From Pseudomonadota bacterium (GTDB taxonomy: Bacteria > Bdellovibrionota_B > Oligoflexia > Oligoflexales > RGVZ01), in contig JBEGVZ010000120.1 of NCBI GenBank assembly GCA_041178085.1, forward strand, positions 1 through 17,612: 17,612 bases of DNA. Direction: 5' to 3'. The notes beneath the pieces were generated by a model. It worked only from the letters and a program-made list of their open reading frames with translations. It did no database searches and had not been told where the DNA came from. Numbering within the stretch: the first letter of the stretch is position 1; each line of letters starts with the position of its first letter. This document shows, one piece after another, positions 15,527-17,612 of this stretch. The translations under genes and the position numbers were made by a program.

Positions 15527-16827
15527 ATTTGTCCCCTGAAGGCTTTGACTGGTTCCACGCTGGCTGCTTTTTGTGCCGGCGGAATCGACGCCAGCACGCA
15601 GACCAGGACTGAACCGGTGAGAATTGCGAGGGAGATTTTCCAGTCCACAGTCGGGTGCAGAACATAGGTGCCAGTGCTAAATGGCGATTGCAGTTCGATC
15701 CCGAAAAATCCCATGGCTGCGACGATGACGTTGGCAAGGATCACGCCGACAAGTCCGCCAATGAAGCCGATCATCGCGCCCTCGACGCAGAACAAGGTCC
15801 TGATGTCCCGGGACCTTGCGCCGATTGCCATCATGGTGCCGATTTCGATGGTACGTTCTGCCACCAGCAGGAAAACGATGTTCAGCACGGACAGTGCCGA
15901 TGAGAGGAAAAGCAGGAAAGAAATCAGGCCAACGACGGAATGCCAGATGGCCTCGATGCGCCGGATGATGACATCGATCTCCCACCAACCCTTGAGGTCC
16001 ATTTTGGCTGAAGCCGCCGGTTGGCGGTAGCGGGCAACCCACTCCTCTGATTTGGATGCATCCTTGAGCCTGATAGCGGCGCTGGTGATCCTTCCTTGAA
16101 GGCGCAAGAGCTGCTGGGCGTAGTCAACGCGCAGGTATACCGCCCGTTTGGAAAAACTTGGCAGGGGAACGTCGATGATCCCGCGCACCACTCCGTCGAC
16201 ACCGTTTAGCCCTCCGGTTACGGTTGACGTCATGAGGGTGACTTCATCGCCCAGGTTCAGGTTCAGCATTTCCGCCAGCCCGCGGCCCACCACGATGGCT
16301 GCTTTCTCCCCAGAGTTGATGAAAACGCCACGATCAAGGGTTCCGGGGCGGGCAGGATTGAACAGTTTCGGAGAGACTTTCAACTCCAGCTCAGGATCGA
16401 CTGCGTTGCCAAGAAAGTAACGCGTCTGGTCGCCCGCACTGATGATGCCCTCGAAATTGAGGCGTGGTGTGATGGACTCGACGGCCGGGTCAGCGGCCAT
16501 TTGCTTGAGAAGCTCGCTGTCTTCCGGGAAGGTGATTTCCTGCCGCAATGATTCGCTATCCTTGAGAAATCCCTCGGCATGCAACTGGGCGTGGGCAAGC
16601 CCGGTGTCGCTGGCAGCTTCCTGCCATAGGTTGATCGCAGCGCTGGAATAGCGGCTGGTGACGATGGTTACCGCTGCACACAGAACCACGGTGGCGATGG
16701 TAAGGGTTGTCCTGCGCTTGTTCCGGGCCAGTGAACGGAAACCGTACGTGACGGCAAAACGCCAGAATTTCCGGTCTAGGCCCGGTTTTGCGGGGGTGGC
16801 AGTTTGTGGCCCGGAGTTTTTTTCCAT
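15523..16827 (-). CDS. ABC transporter permease, LolC/E-FtsX-MacB type
   Basis: RSLARNKRRTTLT + TM1, periplasmic domain with VVGRGLAEMLNLNLGD, VAERTIEIGTMMAIGA, three C-terminal TMs and PAQKAASVEPVKAFR. Confidence 0.92.
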   Translation of the reverse strand: MEKNSGPQTATPAKPGLDRKFWRFAVTYGFRSLARNKRRTTLTIATVVLCAAVTIVTSRYSSAAINLWQEAASDTGLAHAQLHAEGFLKDSESLRQEITFPEDSELLKQMAADPAVESITPRLNFEGIISAGDQTRYFLGNAVDPELELKVSPKLFNPARPGTLDRGVFINSGEKAAIVVGRGLAEMLNLNLGDEVTLMTSTVTGGLNGVDGVVRGIIDVPLPSFSKRAVYLRVDYAQQLLRLQGRITSAAIRLKDASKSEEWVARYRQPAASAKMDLKGWWEIDVIIRRIEAIWHSVVGLISFLLFLSSALSVLNIVFLLVAERTIEIGTMMAIGARSRDIRTLFCVEGAMIGFIGGLVGVILANVIVAAMGFFGIELQSPFSTGTYVLHPTVDWKISLAILTGSVLVCVLASIPPAQKAASVEPVKAFRGQI

Positions 16828-16866
16828 TCTGTTTGTATTATAGCTGCTTTCCTCCGCTTTTAGTCC

Positions 16867-16895
16867 TTGCCCGCCCAGACGGTCTTGGATAAAGT
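16867..16895 (+). promoter_or_regulatory. Possible sigma-70 promoter for the ACP operon (TTGCCC-N17-TAAAGT)
   Basis: Boxes at 16867-16872 and 16890-16895 with 17-nt spacing, about 50 nt upstream of ATG 16947. Confidence 0.35.
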
Positions 16896-16946
16896 TTTAA
16901 AAAAGACAGAAAAGTCATCCAGTTCAGGGAACTTTAAGGGGGCGTC

Positions 16947-17429
16947 ATGACCACCTCGGGCAACATTGCTGCATCCAGCCTGACACCGGCACAAGTTGAG
17001 GAAAAGGTTATCGGCGTCATTGCCGATTCGCTTTGCGTGGACCTTTCCAGTATCACGCTGAAGTCCAACCTCATGCGTGACCTGGGCGCGGAGTCAATCG
17101 ACTTTCTTGACATCATGTTTCGCCTCGAACGCGAGTTCAGCATCAAGATCCCCCAGCGGGAAATCGAGCGCATGGCGCGCGGCGGACTTTCGCCCGAGGA
17201 GTTCGAGACAAACGGCATCCTGCAGGCCAAGGGCGCTGAGCGCATGCGCGCCCTGTTGCCAGAGATCAATGGCCAGGAACTGCGCGAAGGGTTGCCCCTC
17301 CGTGAATTGCCGACGCTGTTCACCGTCGAAGTGTTTTCAAACATCGTCAAGCGTAAGCTGGCAAGCGGTGAACTCGACGCGTTCATGACTGGCGATGCGC
17401 CAAACGCGGAAGCAGGCCAGGCACAATAA
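16947..17429 (+). CDS. Acyl carrier protein, long variant with internal insertion
   Basis: EKVIGVIADSL, phosphopantetheine motif DLGAESIDFLDIMFRLEREFSIKIP (Ser50) and final helix TVEVFSNIV after a ~50-aa insert. Confidence 0.9.
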   Translation: MTTSGNIAASSLTPAQVEEKVIGVIADSLCVDLSSITLKSNLMRDLGAESIDFLDIMFRLEREFSIKIPQREIERMARGGLSPEEFETNGILQAKGAERMRALLPEINGQELREGLPLRELPTLFTVEVFSNIVKRKLASGELDAFMTGDAPNAEAGQAQ

Positions 17430-17451
17430 GAAAAGCCGGGGGGGGCTCACG

Positions 17452-17612
17452 ATGGGCTTCTTTTACGTCGACCGGATCCTCGAATACGAAACAGGCAAGT
17501 TCATTCGCGGGATCAAAAATGTGACCAGGAACGAGCCATTTTTTTATTGGCTTCCTGATGGTCGTCGTGTGCTCAGTCCGACTGTGATCTCGGAAGCCGG
17601 GGCGCAAATCGC
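17452..17612 (+). CDS. FabZ/FabA-like hotdog-fold dehydratase homologue, 3'-truncated by the window edge (not in the ORF track)
   Basis: Translates to MGFFYVDRILEYETGKFIRGIKNVTRNEPFFYWLPDGRRVLSPTVISEAGAQI, matching the FabZ pattern VDRI..KNVT.NEPFF..EA.AQ. G-rich RBS; lies directly after the ACP. Confidence 0.8.
   Translation, partial: MGFFYVDRILEYETGKFIRGIKNVTRNEPFFYWLPDGRRVLSPTVISEAGAQI

Noticed and set aside
17008..17035. Minus-strand CAAA-N16-GCCGATAA sigma-28-like site inside the ACP gene, pointing at the permease
   Set aside because: The -35 is imperfect and the sequence is explained by ACP codons (VIG). It cannot be separated from chance without TSS data.

Overview
Gene-dense, moderately GC-rich bacterial chromosomal segment. 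The gene content resembles Deltaproteobacteria/Bdellovibrionota (inference only). I found no mobile element, CRISPR array, rRNA or tRNA. The left half encodes a long MlaD/MCE protein (5'-truncated), an FAH-family hydrolase, a SAM methyltransferase, a membrane-anchored DcrB/PsbP-like protein, a Cys-paired lipoprotein, a Fur-family regulator, a tandem (pseudo-receiver + PilZ-like) membrane protein, a Prc/Tsp protease and an orphan Cys-rich PAS histidine kinase. The most interesting part is 11.2-17.6 kb. Two paralogous unknown lipoproteins each follow an identically spaced sigma-28/FliA-type promoter (TAAA-N16-GCCGATAG). A third lipoprotein and a LolD/MacB-type ATPase follow. The ATPase converges on, and overlaps, a LolA-like + LolC/E-type permease unit, which is divergent from an insertion-bearing ACP and a FabZ-like gene lacking the catalytic His. 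The 2786-3135 intergenic region holds a sigma-70 promoter with a palindrome that predicts a leaderless mRNA, a possible structured RNA and a strongly AT-rich island. All protein calls come from motifs recognised by eye, not from database searches.
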